Shown here: positions 21,473 through 34,900 of the stretch, in pieces | How the letters are laid out: every line of letters starts with the position of its first letter | How positions within the stretch are numbered: position 1 is the first letter of the stretch | NCBI GenBank assembly: GCA_001600695.1 | Contig: BCKQ01000005.1 | Coordinates: 655,543 to 719,542, forward strand | DNA: 64,000 nt | Direction of reading: 5' to 3' | Source of the DNA: Ascoidea asiatica JCM 7603 | Lineage: Eukaryota > Fungi > Ascomycota | The notes under the pieces: generated by a model | What the model was told of the DNA's origin: nothing | Seen by the model: only the letters and a program-made list of their open reading frames with translations | Databases searched by the model: none | Made by a program: the position numbers and the translations under genes

Positions 21473-24400
21473 TTATGCACTGATTTTCATTTTTTTTATT
21501 TGCCTTTCTTCCATTTGTTCTTCATTGATAAGATTTATATCTGGAACACTATTCGAAATATTAATACAAGTTTTTAAACCTGGAATTTCAATTTTTCCTT
21601 CTATATTCATTCCATTTATTTCAAATATTTTATCAAATTCAGAAAATGAAAATCCTCCATTTTCAGATATACTATATTCATAATCTTTCAAGCGTTCTAA
21701 TTCTGGAAATATTAATGGAATATATTTTTCTTTTATCAATTTCTTTAATGACAAAACTTTAATTGTTTTCTGTTTCGAACATCCAATGTTATCAAATAAA
21801 AGTTTGATATCATTTGTAAAATCTAATAATGATTGACTATAAGAGTTCAAAGCAAACTTTGATAAAATTTCATTTAAGTTTAAAATATCAATATTATATT
21901 GAATTTTATTTTCAACACATATTGAAGGTTTATATTCTATCATTAAATTATTATTTTCTTTATCAATCTTAAGTATCAAATCAAGAACTGGTTTAATCAT
22001 TTTCATCGGTGAAAAATATACTGTTCCAATATTTTCAAGTTCTCGATCATATTTACTTAAACATAATTGTTGTCTTTGTATAATATCTTTGGAAATATCC
22101 ATCAATGCTTTCATGTCTTTATTTAAAGTATTTGCTGTTTCAATTTTTTGAGGGATATCTTCTATTTTAACATTTGCTAAATTTGTATGAAAATCAGAAA
22201 ATTTAATTAATGGTGCAGTTGTATGTTCCCTCTTTAAAGCCCAGTATCTACAAAGGTCAGAAGCTAATTTCTCATATCCATCAATTTCCAAATATTGAAT
22301 TAATTTAGTCAATCTTTCGAAAATAATATTAGGTAAAATTGGCGTCCCTAATTTTGATTCCCATCTTAAAATATTACCATTTCCATCTTTCAAAGCTTTT
22401 CTGGCATGGGTAACTGTTAATGGAATTGGAGTAGGAGTATTAGAATTTATAGTCGAATTATAAATATCTTTTCTTTTTTTCTTGTTCTGTACATTAAGCT
22501 TATTTTGTATATTATTAAATTCGCTTAGTGTTAATTTTCTCTTAAAATGAATATTTCCATGTTTGTTTTTTTCAGAGTCTTCATTGAAATAAGATCTTGT
22601 TTTCTGAATTCCAATTTTAATTTTGCCTTTATTTGGTGATGAAGAAGGAGTATGTTTATCACAAAAACTTACAAAATTTTTACCATATAAAGAATTTTGC
22701 ATTCCATTATCAAGATCTTGTTTCATATATAGTCCACTTCTTTTGGCGCAAGTTACATGATACGATTGTGCACAATTTTTACTAGAACACTGAATACAAG
22801 CTCCCACTTTTTTTTTACAAATAAAACATGTTAATCCCCATCTTCCCTTTGGAACATTTTCAGTATTATCAATAGTTTCCATATAAACTGGACTTTTAAA
22901 GGATAATTCAGGTATCCAAAGACCACAAATAACATGAGCCCAATCTCCAGCATCAGTTTGTTTAAAAGCTCCTGTAATACTAGGACAAAATTGACAATTT
23001 ACATCTTTATTTTTAGAATCCATACACCTTCTACAATACCATTGACCTTCTGGGATATAAACAATTCCATAACATTCTTGATGAACAGCTATATCACATC
23101 CATCACAGAATACAATTTGATTAGAATTATCACATTCTGAATCTTCACAAATAGCGCAAGGTTGATCTTGTTCAGGAGCACATCCAACTCCATCATCTGA
23201 TCCATATATTAGAGCACTTAAAACAGAAATATTATATTTTCCTGCTATTAAATCTGGAAAATTTTTAAATTCGTTTAATAAAGGATCAATAGTTATATAT
23301 TTTTCCTTTGGAGGAATCCTTTTTGATAGTAAGCACCATTGTTTTTCAAGAAAAGTCATACAAATTTCAAAAATTTCATGAGAAACATATTCTGACTTAA
23401 ACTTCAGTCTTCTTTTATTAATCACACTCAAATATATATCATCTTGTTCATCCATATCATATGCAACTTGAAATTTGTAATTTTTCAAATTAAAATTGCT
23501 CAGATTGAAATCTCTATTGAAATCAACTGAAAAATGGTCTAATTCTATTGAATCAGTTTCTCTTATATATGTTTGTGGTATACTGGAAAGTCTTTTTTTA
23601 TTTATTTCACGAAATCCAAATTTTTTGAAAATTTTTTGCAAAGGAATAGTATCTTTGATGATATTTTCTTCATTTGTGTTAAGATTTATCTCTTTATTGT
23701 CGTCGGCTATATTGTCTGATGTAGCTATAATAGCTTGAATTTGCTTGGGTTCTTTTTTACTGGAATCTTCTGTTATTATATTCTCAATAGCCGGCTGTTC
23801 GGGTATAATTTTCTCCTGTTCAGTTTCTTTTGATAGTTGTTTTGTATTTTTTATAACATTGTAATCTATTTTACTGATTTTTTCATCTAATAAATCATTA
23901 TCACTAGTTGAAGAAGATGAAGCTGAAATATTTAAATCATCATTGTTATTAAATGTTAAAGTTGAAGTAACATTAGAAATATAATTTGAAATATTTTTAT
24001 TTTCTTTCTCAATTTCTTTTTCAATTTCTTTGATTTTTTCATCAGTAGTTAATAACTTTGAATCTTTCAAAGGAAAGTTTTTGTTATTAGCATTAGGAAA
24101 TATGGATGGGCTTGAAGTCGGCACTAAATCTTTTTCATTTTTATAATTATTATTATTAAAGTTATTGAAACTATTATAATTATTGTAGTTATTATAATTA
24201 TTAGAAGTTAAATTTAAATCATAAGTAAAAGTATTTGAAGCCAATGGATATTGAAACCCATCATCATAAAGATAATCTATATTGTAGGAATTTATATTTT
24301 GTAAAGTTATATCTTCTTCATTTTTGAATCTATTTGGTATAAATTGAGATATATTTTCAGGTATAATATTATTCATATTATTCATATTATTTACATAGGG

Positions 24401-24841
24401 ATTAAATTCAAAAATTCTATTAACATTAGATATTTTAATTATTGGATTATCATATTTATTATCTGAATTATAATAATTATCAAAAAAATTAGGATTATAA
24501 CTATAATTATAATCTGGAATTAAAACTTTAAAATCTTGATTATCAGTTGGAGTTGAAGATAAAACAGAGGATTTTGAATTATCAGTATTATCCATAGGAG
24601 AATTCTGATCTATAGGAGAATCTTGATATATTGGAGAATTTTCTTTTACTGGAGAATACTCACTTGATGGAGATTTTACTAATTTAATGTCTGATTTAAC
24701 GTCTGATTTACTCTCAGATATAATCTCAGACTGTATAACTTTAGGTGAATTGATAATACTTTCAATTACTTGAGAATTTGTGCCTAATAATTTTGGTGAA
24801 TTTATACTACCATCTTTATCTTTATTTTCATTTTTATTATC

Positions 24842-24876
<35 letters not shown>

Positions 24877-26035
24877 CATTATCATTATCAATAACAATAT
24901 CATTATTATTAGCATTATTTTTTTTTTTTAAAACATGAACTTTATAATTTTTTATACAATCTTGTTTATAATTTTGAAAATTATAGAAATTTGAAGGATT
25001 ATCAAATTTGAATGGAATTTTTCTAAATTTTTCTATATAAATTTTTGAACTTTCAAAATTATTTTTATTTTTATTTGTAGTAGTGCTTATAGTGGTATTT
25101 GTAGTTAAATTGGTTTTATTTGAATTTTTTGTTGAATTAAAAGAAATTAATAAATTATTTTGATTAAATTTTTTAATAAAAACAGGTAATGGAAAAGAAT
25201 CATTTAAATCAGGATAAAACTTTTTAAAATCGACTTCTTCTCTTGGTTTTCCATCTATTAGAATATTATTAATACCATTTTTTTCAACATTTTTATTGTC
25301 GTTTTTGTTTTTGTTATTATTTTTATTTTTGTTTTTATTATTATTGCTGTAATTTCGAATATTTTTGGTGTTTTTTATATTTTTCATATTCTTTGACGAT
25401 CTATTTGACAATCTATTTGAAGATTTATTTAAAGATTTATTTGAAGATTTATTTGAAGATTTATTTAAAGATTTATTTGATTTGATATTAGAGTTATAAG
25501 AAGGATTTTTAAATTTTATTCTAGTTTTTATTGCATTTTGAACATTTGAAGTTGATCTTCTAGTTCTTACATTTACCGGAGAATTTCTTAATTTTGCTTT
25601 ATTCCTCGTTATTATTTTTGAATCATTATTTAGGTTATTGTTATTTTTGTTGTTATTTATCTTATTTATAGTATTTATATCAGTTATATTAGGTATATTA
25701 TTATCCTTATTATTATTATTATTATTATTATTATTAGTCTTAATAGTATTACTATTTGAATTATTCTGAAAATTTAATTTAATACCAGTATGTTTATTAA
25801 ATTCATGTAATAAAGATATTTGAGTTCTTCTTATTCTAGTTTTTGGAGAGATTATAGATTTTGATATATTATTAGTATTGTCGTTATTGATATTATTATT
25901 GATAGTATTAGATAATCTATTTAATAGTTGATTTGAGTTTAAATTGATTTGAGAATTTGAAGAATTTGATGAAATTGAATTTTGATTTAAATCCTGATTA
26001 GAATCTTGATTTGAAATTATTGGTTTTCGAGGCAT
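21473..26035 (-). CDS. NTO1: NuA3 HAT scaffold subunit (EPL1 + PHD + zf-HC5HC2H)
   Basis: YDMDEQD..FEICMTFLEKQW; CAICEDSECDNSNQIVFCDGCDIAVHQECYGI..IPEGQWYCRRC; CQFCPSITGAFKQT; YWALKRE. Confidence 0.92.
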
Positions 26036-26895
26036 TATTAAAAAAAAAAGGGAAACTTATAAAAATACTTTATATTAAAAGTAATTTAAAAGTTTTAAGA
26101 ATATTCTCTCTATTTTTCTCTTTTTTTTTTAATTTTTTTTTCTTTTCTTTATAAATTATTTCTACTCCAAATTAAATATCTTTATTGAAGGCATTTGATA
26201 ATATTATATGAATGTTAAATAATCAATTAATTAATATAAGAGAATGATAGAATTAGTTTTATTATTAAAATCTTTTGATTTAAAAAATTTGATCTTAAAT
26301 TTTGAAGGATTTAAGTGAAATTAAAGAATAAAGAAAGGAAACTTGCAAGGAAAGAGAACTTGATGAAGAGCCAAAGCAAGAAATAAATATATATCTGTTG
26401 ATGATTATATCTGTCTGTTAATGATTATATATCCAGTGATTGTTATAGACTGATGAAAGGAAAAGAATAATAATGATCAACTTCTATATTTATATTTATT
26501 TACCAGATTATTATTTTTTTATTACTTATATTTATTATTTATTTATTGTATTTATTGTATTAATACATTGGTACATTGTTTATCGGATTTGGCTCAGTAC
26601 AATTAGCTTCTCGCAGGCTCTGCGCGGTGAGTCGTTGTCCTGGCCAAGCTCATTTGTGCTGCTCAATCCAGCATTGCAGGTACAGCCACAGCACTCGCCA
26701 CAGCACGGGACAATTTTGAAGCCACGTAAACGGAAGGCCTTTAATTGTATGGATGCAGGGTGTTATGTTAGTTTATGTAAATACAATTATGTGAAGGTTA
26801 ATAAACGTAATATGCAGTAAAATATACATCAATTAACATTAAACCCTCTTTAATGGTTTTTAAGAGAAGTGCCGTATTACTGGCTCAATTTCTTA

Positions 26896-26953
26896 TTTTG
26901 CCTTTTCACGCCCATCGAGTGAAATGCAATAACTAAAGTGTTATAGAGGCAAA
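26896..26953. promoter_or_regulatory. Two Rpn4/PACE-like sites upstream of PBA1
   Basis: TTTTGCCTTT at 26896-26905 (AAAGGCAAAA on the minus strand) and AGAGGCAAA at 26945-26953 resemble the GAAGGCAAAA variant of non-Saccharomyces Rpn4 sites. Confidence 0.4.
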
Positions 26954-27092
26954 TGATGGATTAAATGATGGATTAAATGATGAATCAAATGATGAATTAT
27001 ATAATAAATCAAATCAACCATTTATTGTAACAATTGATAATAACAATCTTAATCAATTTTTAAATTGGAATAGAACTATAAATCCAAACAAG

Positions 27093-28147
27093 ATGCTAGT
27101 AAGTTTTCTGATTCTTTCATTTTAGTTTATTCCTCTCTTCTAAGTTTTTCAACTTCTAATCTTAAATCATTAACTCTAACTATTTATTTATTTATTCTAA
27201 AGTTTAAACCATGGTCTGAAGTTGCTCCTTCTCGTCATAATTTAAATGATTATGATGATGATGATGAAAATATTGAATTATTATCTGATCCAATTTTACC
27301 AAATTTTAAATTAAATATAATTGATCATCAATTATATTTTAAAAATTTAGATAATACTTTATTTATAGTTCCTTATAATCTAAAAATTTTAATTCTTTCT
27401 TTACCATTCAAAACAAAATTATCTGCAAAAATTGAAATAACTTATTCAAATTCATCAAATTCTAATAAAGAGAAGAAAGAAAATGAAGAGAATGAAAAAA
27501 ATGATAAAGATAATAAAAATTTAGAAAATTTAGAAAATTATAATGAAGAACAACAATTATATTCAAATGATTTAGCAACTTTAAATCCTTTAAATTTTTC
27601 TTTAAAACCTTTTGAGATTGAAATTTTCAGTTTAAAAATTTCTGATAATTTCAGTATTAATAGAATTATTATGCCAAATTTATCAAATATAAATCCAATT
27701 ATTTTTAATTTATTTTCTGATTTTTTATTATCAAAAAAAATTATAATTCCATCTTTAATATTATCAATTTCTCCATGTTCTTTACCTTATAATCAACTTA
27801 TAAATCAATTAAATAATTTAAATTTAAATAATAATTCAAATAATAATATAAATTTTGAAATTTTTAAAAATATAAATTTTTTACCTCCTCCTCATTTCTT
27901 AACTGGAATTTCTGCTTCAATATCTTCAAATGCAATAAAAAATAATTTATCATTTATAAATTTATTATTAGATTCTGAAGGCATTCAAAATTTTGAAAAA
28001 ATTGATAAATATTCAATTCAATCTACAATTGAAATTTTATGTAATTTTTTAAATTTAAATCAAAATTTATCTCAAATTTATAAAAAAAATGTTCAAAATT
28101 TTTTAAAAATTTCAAATCCTTATACAACTAATGGAATGTATATTTAA
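27093..28147 (+). CDS. PBA1: Proteasome assembly chaperone Pba1/Poc1, two exons (27093-27098, 27203-28147), 316 aa
   Basis: ATG CTA|GTAAGT...CTCTAAC...AAG|TTT AAA CCA TGG gives MLFKPWSEVAPSRH (cf. Pba1 MLFKQW). The frame is open from 27203 into the track ORF. It has the LPPPHFLTG and DSEG..FEK motifs and a C-terminal HbYX (GMYI). Convergent with NOP56. Confidence 0.9.
27099..27202 (+). other. Spliceosomal intron (104 nt) in PBA1
   Basis: 5'ss GTAAGT, branch-like CTCTAAC at 27174-27180, 3'ss AAG at 27200-27202. Removal restores the conserved N-terminus in phase 0. Confidence 0.85.
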
Positions 28148-28338
28148 TTTAATTAATTAATAAAAAGTTTTTTCTGTTTATTTATTTACTTGTGATTTAA
28201 AGTACAAAACGTATATGTAAATGATATAATAAGATAAAAGTAATCAAATAAATGTATTTAAATAAATGTAATTCGGTAATTTGGTAATTTGATAATTGCT
28301 AGATAAAATTGGTTAAATGAAATTTGTTATTTAAAAAA

Positions 28339-29943
28339 TCATTTCTTTGACTTCTTTTTTTTCTTTTTTGGAGATTCTTCCTCACTATCATCTCCTGATC
28401 TTTTTTTTTCTTTTTTATCTTTTTTATCCTTTTTAGATTTCTTTTCTTTTTTATCCTTTTTATCCTTTTTAGATTTTTTATCTTTTTTAGATTTCTTACT
28501 TGATTTTTTTCCTTCATCATCACTATCATTATTTATTGTAGCCATGGTAACATCATCATCATCATCATCTCCACTTTCATCATCATTATCTTTTTCTTTT
28601 ATTGTAGTTTCATTTTCTTTTTTATCTTTAAGTATATTCATAGCTTCAGAAATAGCATCTGAGTTTTTCATTGGTTTTTTACCTGAATCATAAAAATCTA
28701 ATCTATCTTCAACTTGTTTTTTTAAAATTGTACCAAATACATTGTTTGGTTCATCTGAAAAATTATCAATTCTTGAAGCAATTGAACATTTATTTGCTAA
28801 ATAACGTGAAATTCTACCTTTATTTTTTGCATTAGCTTTTGCTATAAATGATGAATGATAAATTAAACCATATTTTGGTGTATTACCTTTTGTTTTTAAA
28901 GCTCTGAATAATGCTTTTTCTGCTCCTAAAATTTGAACTGTTGATGCTGCTTGTTTTGATAAATTTGTTAAAGATCCTGCATGAGATATTAATCTTGCTC
29001 CAATAACTTCACCTATTAATTCTGATAAATTTGGTGCAACTGTATGCATTTTAGTTTCTAAATAAGTAAATAATTGTTTTCTATAATCTGAAATATCTAC
29101 AACTCTTTTTGCAAATGTACAAACATTATTCATATCTTCTTCAGAAATATCTTGACCCATTGAAATTTTTGCATTATCAATAACTCTTTTTGCAATACCA
29201 GAATCTTCATCTAGTATTTCAGCCACATCATGTAAAGATTCATCATTAAGACTTGCTTTATCTCTAATGAATAAAACTAATTTTGCAAAATTTTGATTAT
29301 CAGGTACTAATTTTGCTAATTCAGGAAAATGCCATCCATACCATTCTTTTACTCTCATTGCAAATGTATTTATATCTTTATCTAATTGATCTAATAAAGC
29401 AATTGCTTGAATAATATGATTATCATTTTTTTGTACAGAAAACTTAACTTTTGCTCTTGAATAAGCATGACCAAGACCTAATTGAGCTCTTTCAATATCA
29501 CCATCTTGTAAATTTGAATTTAATAATTTTGTTGAATGTAATCTTAAACCTCTTAAAAGATCTTGAACTAATTCATTTGATATACAATCAATATATGGGA
29601 AAACTTCTTTAATTGAAGGACCTAAAAGTTTATCAGATATACCAAGAGTAATATTTTTTTTTGAAGATTTTTGATTTGGTAAATTTAAATCTAAAATTGA
29701 TTTTAAATATTCAGATAATAAACCTTCAGAAATATCATTTGCATTTTCTAAAGCTTGAGCAGCACCTTTAAAAGGAGCAAAAGAAACTAATTGAACAATT
29801 TTTGCAATTTTTTCAAATTCATTTATTTGTTCTTGAACTTCTTTTAATTTAAGACCAATACTATCACCTTTTCCAATGACTTTGAATACAGCATAACCAG
29901 TTGCTTCTTCAAAAAGAAGAAAATCTGGAGAGGTGGTTGACAT
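28339..29943 (-). CDS. NOP56: Box C/D snoRNP core protein Nop56
   Basis: AQLGLGHAYSRAKVKF, RVKEWYGWHFPEL, ASTVQILGAEKALFRALKTKGNTPKYG and a KKE/D tail. Confidence 0.98.
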   Translation of the reverse strand: MSTTSPDFLLFEEATGYAVFKVIGKGDSIGLKLKEVQEQINEFEKIAKIVQLVSFAPFKGAAQALENANDISEGLLSEYLKSILDLNLPNQKSSKKNITLGISDKLLGPSIKEVFPYIDCISNELVQDLLRGLRLHSTKLLNSNLQDGDIERAQLGLGHAYSRAKVKFSVQKNDNHIIQAIALLDQLDKDINTFAMRVKEWYGWHFPELAKLVPDNQNFAKLVLFIRDKASLNDESLHDVAEILDEDSGIAKRVIDNAKISMGQDISEEDMNNVCTFAKRVVDISDYRKQLFTYLETKMHTVAPNLSELIGEVIGARLISHAGSLTNLSKQAASTVQILGAEKALFRALKTKGNTPKYGLIYHSSFIAKANAKNKGRISRYLANKCSIASRIDNFSDEPNNVFGTILKKQVEDRLDFYDSGKKPMKNSDAISEAMNILKDKKENETTIKEKDNDDESGDDDDDDVTMATINNDSDDEGKKSSKKSKKDKKSKKDKKDKKEKKSKKDKKDKKEKKRSGDDSEEESPKKKKKKSKK

Positions 29944-30513
29944 ACTGATTGATGAATAATGATATATATAAAGATCTTTATTATCAATATATTATAATAT
30001 ATATGTGTCTATTCAATAATATTTCAATGTTTTAAGATAAACAAATGAATAAATAAATTTCAATAAAGATTTGAGTTGAAATTTCACAGTGTAAAAAAAA
30101 AATTTGGAAAATTTAAAAAAAGAACAAAAAAAGTAAAAATTTGCAATGCTCGCAACCGGCCAAAACGTGACTTTCAGAGACCGTTTTTAAGGGTGTTATT
30201 TTTTGAATATTAAATTTATTTATTTATTTATTTGGTAAACGTTTGTTGATAGCTTTTAGTTGATTACAAATAGATGTAAATATAGATAAATATAATGAAA
30301 GAGTTGAGTTTTACAATGGTGTTAAATTATTGAAGATCTGTATAAATTAAAAGTTCTCATAAACAAGAGAAAATGATAAAGCAAAGTGTTAGCAATTAGA
30401 AAGAATAAAAAATTAATTAGTTTGCTTTCAACTTTCACTGATATTGTTAGTGTTATTGATTTTTATTATTATTAGTATTATAAAAATTTAAAAGAGATTG
30501 AATAGAAAGAAGA

Positions 30514-30628
30514 AAAATGAGTAAGATTTAAAGAGATGAACAGAATAGACAAGATAAACAATAAATTAAAATGAGTAAGATTTAAAGAGATGAACAGAAT
30601 AGACAAGATAAACAATAAATTAAAATGA
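30514..30628. repeat. Perfect 54-bp tandem duplication
   Basis: AAAATGAGTAAGATTTAAAGAGATGAACAGAATAGACAAGATAAACAATAAATT at 30514 and 30568, plus a partial third copy. Confidence 0.95.
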
Positions 30629-30640
30629 TCTTGAAATTGA

Positions 30641-31009
30641 CTATAAGAGAGTTATAATGTCAGCTTGACAATATGGGGCCAATTCATCTTTATCTTCAGC
30701 AGTTGAGGTATAACCAATAACATTATTTGAATTTCTATTAACACAATAAACTTGTGGTTCTTTAAATTTTTTGAAAATTTTCTTAATTCTTCTTTGAATA
30801 GTTGAATATTGAGCATCTAAATCACAAGATGTAGTACCAGTTGAGATAACTTTTATTATATTTGAATTTGAAATATCCTTTGAAGTTGAAGTAGTACAAT
30901 GAATTATATCATAATTTTGCATTGTCCAATATTTAAAATATTCAACAGTAGATATGAATAATAAAACATATAATACACCTGTTGATAAATTCTCAAATTT
31001 ATTTCCCAT
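30641..31009 (-). CDS. Small single-pass membrane or secreted protein (122 aa, 4 Cys), function unknown
   Basis: From ATG 31009: MGNKFENLSTGVLYVLLFISTVEYFKYW...HC...SC...YC...YC. Complex sequence with one hydrophobic segment. The track's upstream ATG at 31042 lies within a probable intron end. Confidence 0.75.
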   Translation of the reverse strand: MGNKFENLSTGVLYVLLFISTVEYFKYWTMQNYDIIHCTTSTSKDISNSNIIKVISTGTTSCDLDAQYSTIQRRIKKIFKKFKEPQVYCVNRNSNNVIGYTSTAEDKDELAPYCQADIITLL

Positions 31010-31017
31010 TTTTAAAT

Positions 31018-31521
31018 CTGTTACAGTTATTGTTAGCTTCATTTTCTATTTAAAAATAAATAAAATATATTTAACCTATATTTAATTTAAATTCTGATTG
31101 TATTTTTCTTAATTTTTATACTTTTTTTTAGGTTCTCTTATAAATAGATACTTTTGAATGATATTAAATTTTTTTTGATGTTTTCTTTAGTTTTTTGTAA
31201 CTCTAAATTCAAGTTACTATGTTTGTTTATATATTACTTGTTTATCATACTTTCATTTATCTTTGTCAAATAAAGACAAGTAAAACATTTTGAATTCAAT
31301 CTAATTGAATACACTAAAATTACAATGTATGGAAATTTTGAAGTTTATTCATTTAAATAATTTTTATATTCACTTATCTTTATTTTGGTTCGAATTTTCC
31401 TTTTATTCTTTAATGATAATTAATTTTGAAAAGAGACACTTAAAAGAATGAAAACTCAGTTAAAAAATATAGGTTTTGAGAATGAATGGTTGGGGGTTTA
31501 AGAGAAATAAAAGACACATAC
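31018..31521 (-). other. Candidate 5'UTR intron of the small membrane-protein gene
   Basis: Minus strand: GTATGT at 31521 (alternative GTATGA at 31250), GCTAAC at 31037-31032, CAG ending at 31018, 8 nt before the ATG at 31009. Confidence 0.55.
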
Positions 31522-31968
31522 TATAAAATCAATAATTTGAATTCTAAAGATATATAAAAGCTGTAATAAAATTCTAAAAAAAATATAATCTAATATAATA
31601 TAATACACAATAATAATATAATCTAATAATTTGAATAAAAGTGATAAAACCTATTTAAATATAACAAACTCAATAAGAAACTGAAAGTTGAAAAGAAACA
31701 AGCATTATTACTAAACCATTGAAAATATCGAATGAAATAGAATCCAGTCACTGTTCGCTGTGAATACAACACCAGCTATCCACGACCCACCTTTCTGGCT
31801 TCTGTTTTTTCTGTGTGGCACTTCGGCACGGAAGAAACGGAAAAAATGGAAATCACGAAATCCAACACAAGCCACACTAAGTGCAGCGCAAAACATAAAT
31901 GCAAAACAAACAATCCCACAAAAAAAAAAAATTGGCCCACGCAAAAAGTAACCCACATAATTCCTAGT

Positions 31969-34900
31969 TTATGCAAAACTCAACTCCCATCCAACTTTAC
32001 GCACAACTTCATACCAATCGATATTTTTGGTTCCATTTCCATCCATTTTCCAGATTTGTTCCATGAGCATTTTTACTCTTTTCACATTTTTACATCTGTA
32101 TCTATCAAATAATTCATCAAATCTTTTTATCATTAATTCTCTATCACATTTCAATGAACAATTCATTCCTGCAATAAATAAAGGAAAACAAAGAGATCCC
32201 TCAACTGATGTTCCCAATACAACATCTAATCTTTTTAATAAATCACTTACTAAAAATTGAATTTCAATACATGAAGAATTCATCTTAAGTACACTTTGTT
32301 TTAAATGAATTTTTGAAGTAAACTGAAATACTTCATATAATGTTAATTGTAATTCTAATTCTTCATTATTCAATTCTTTTAAATCGTTATAATATGGCCC
32401 AATTTGATCAATTCTACTTAATATTTCAACTGATTTATTCATAATTTGTTCCAATAATTCATATCTTGATAATTGATGACAATCATCTATATGAGCTTCA
32501 TTAAGATCCCAAGATTCATTACTACTACTCACACTTCCATTATCATTATCATCTTTATGATCATTCAAATTTCTGTTCAAAATTTCACTCTTGTCATTCT
32601 TAGTGTCTTTATGAATACCTTCATCTCCAGTTTTATTATTATTATTGTTATTATTGTTATTATTATTACTTTCATTTCCCCCATCTGAAGCTAAATTTAG
32701 TTCATTTGGTACTCTTTTCATCAATCTTTTACATTTTAATGCCAATTGATTAATTTCTGAAATTATTTGATATAATGGTTGACAGCATCCATGTAATGGA
32801 TCAATAGCTAATTTAATATTTTTAAAAGAAAAATTTTCATTGAAATTCTCATCATTTATTTCATTTATACTTCCAACTTTATTCATACTCATATCAGAAT
32901 TAATATTCAGATTAGAATTCATCATATCGCTCAGATTCATATTATTTTCATTATCATTATAATTATTTAAAACTTTTGAATATTCTTCTTGAAAAAATAA
33001 TCCTCGATCAGTTGAAGTTATATCATGATAATGAAAATTTAATCCAAGCCATTTTTTTTCAATTGAATTACTTCTAATTAATTTTGAAAAACCTCCCTGA
33101 AATTTAATTAATTTAGCTCCGGATTCAAGACAAAGTCTCCATAATTTAACATCTCCATCACAAATTAATGCTCCACATAAAATTAAATAATTTGATAGTC
33201 TAATTAAAAAATTAAACTCATTCATATTATTATCAATTGGATTTTGTTTAATATAATTTAAAGCATTTTTAAGATATAATTGTCCAATTTCTTCATATTT
33301 ACCACCCAAATGAAACCCAGACCAGGCAATTATACTATATAAAACCCCAGGATCAATATGTGCCATTGGTAAAAAAACAGATAAATAATAATTAGTCGAT
33401 TGTGGTGAAATACAAATTAATTTACCTAATTTATCTCTATAATAATCAAATAATTTAACTCCTGTTGGAGATATATTGAATAAATTAGATGGTATTGATT
33501 CATATAATGGAAATTGATTATAATTATTATTAAAATTGATATGAGTAAAGTTAGTAAAATTATTATTGAATTCATTATTAGATCCTTGACTAGGGGATAA
33601 TGGATGGTAGGTATATTCATTCTCTTCACCATTTATATAATTAAAATCTTTATTATTAGATGAGCCAATTAACTGCTGTCCATAATGATAATGATAACTG
33701 TTACTATTGTTATTATTGTTATTGTTAATCGTAGAATATTTTGTATCATGATTCACAATTCTATTCATATTTGGAATTTGATTAATATTATTTTGATTTT
33801 GATGGTTTTGACTTCTATTATTCAAAGTTTGATGATTCTCATTATAATTATGATTATGATTATTGTAATCATTTGGATCTAGTACCGCTTTGATTGCAGT
33901 TAAACTTGACGGTATAATTGAGTTTAAAATTTCCTGATTATTATTATTATTATTACTATTATTACTATTATTACTATTATTACTATTATTACTATTATTA
34001 CTATTATTACTAATATTACTATTATTGTTATTGTTGCTATTATTATTTATATTAGTATTATATGTGATTAAATCAGTTTGAATGGAAGTTGATAATATAT
34101 TTGAAATTATATTAATATTAGAAGGGGAATTTGCATCTTCATTTAAAGGATTGGGATAAACATTATTTTCAATATTATTGATAAGAGGTTGACTATTATT
34201 TTGGCTTTGATTTTGAATTCGATCTTGATTTTGGACTTGATTTTGAACTTGACTTTGAACTTGACTTTGAATTGGGACTTGAACTTGATTTTGATTATAG
34301 TTTTGATTCATATTAGCTTTTTTTATGGTAGAAGAGTTTGAATTAATTGGAGAAGAAATAATAGTTGAAGGAGACGGAGATAAAGATAAGGAAGAAGAAT
34401 TAATTTGATTAATTTGATTATTTTTTTTGTTTAATAGATCAATTTTTTTCTTTAATTTCAATTTCTCTTCATTCAATTCAACTTTTTTTTTAATTTCTCT
34501 AATTTGATGAACAGACATTCCAGGTTTTGCCCAAACACATTTTTTATTTAATCTTTTACAATCTGTACAAATTGGTTTAATTTCATCACATCTTTTTTTT
34601 CTGTATTTACAAGTTATACAACCATATTTTGATCTTTTCGATTTTGATAAATAATTGAAATTTATATCAAGATTTGAGTTGCTATCACTATTATCATTGA
34701 TATCATTAGTAATATTATTATTATTATTATTATTACTGTCATTATTCATAACAATATTATTGGTGGTAATTGTATTATTATTGTTTATGTTATCGTTGTA
34801 ATGTATAAGCTCATTATTAGATTTAATTGAGTTATTGTTAGAAGAAATATTATCACTTTGTTGAAATAAAGATGCATGATGTTGATTTAAAGATAAAGAA

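Noticed and set aside
31385-31400. tRNA B-box-like GGTTCGAAT
   Set aside because: No cloverleaf stems or A-box in the AT-rich flanks.
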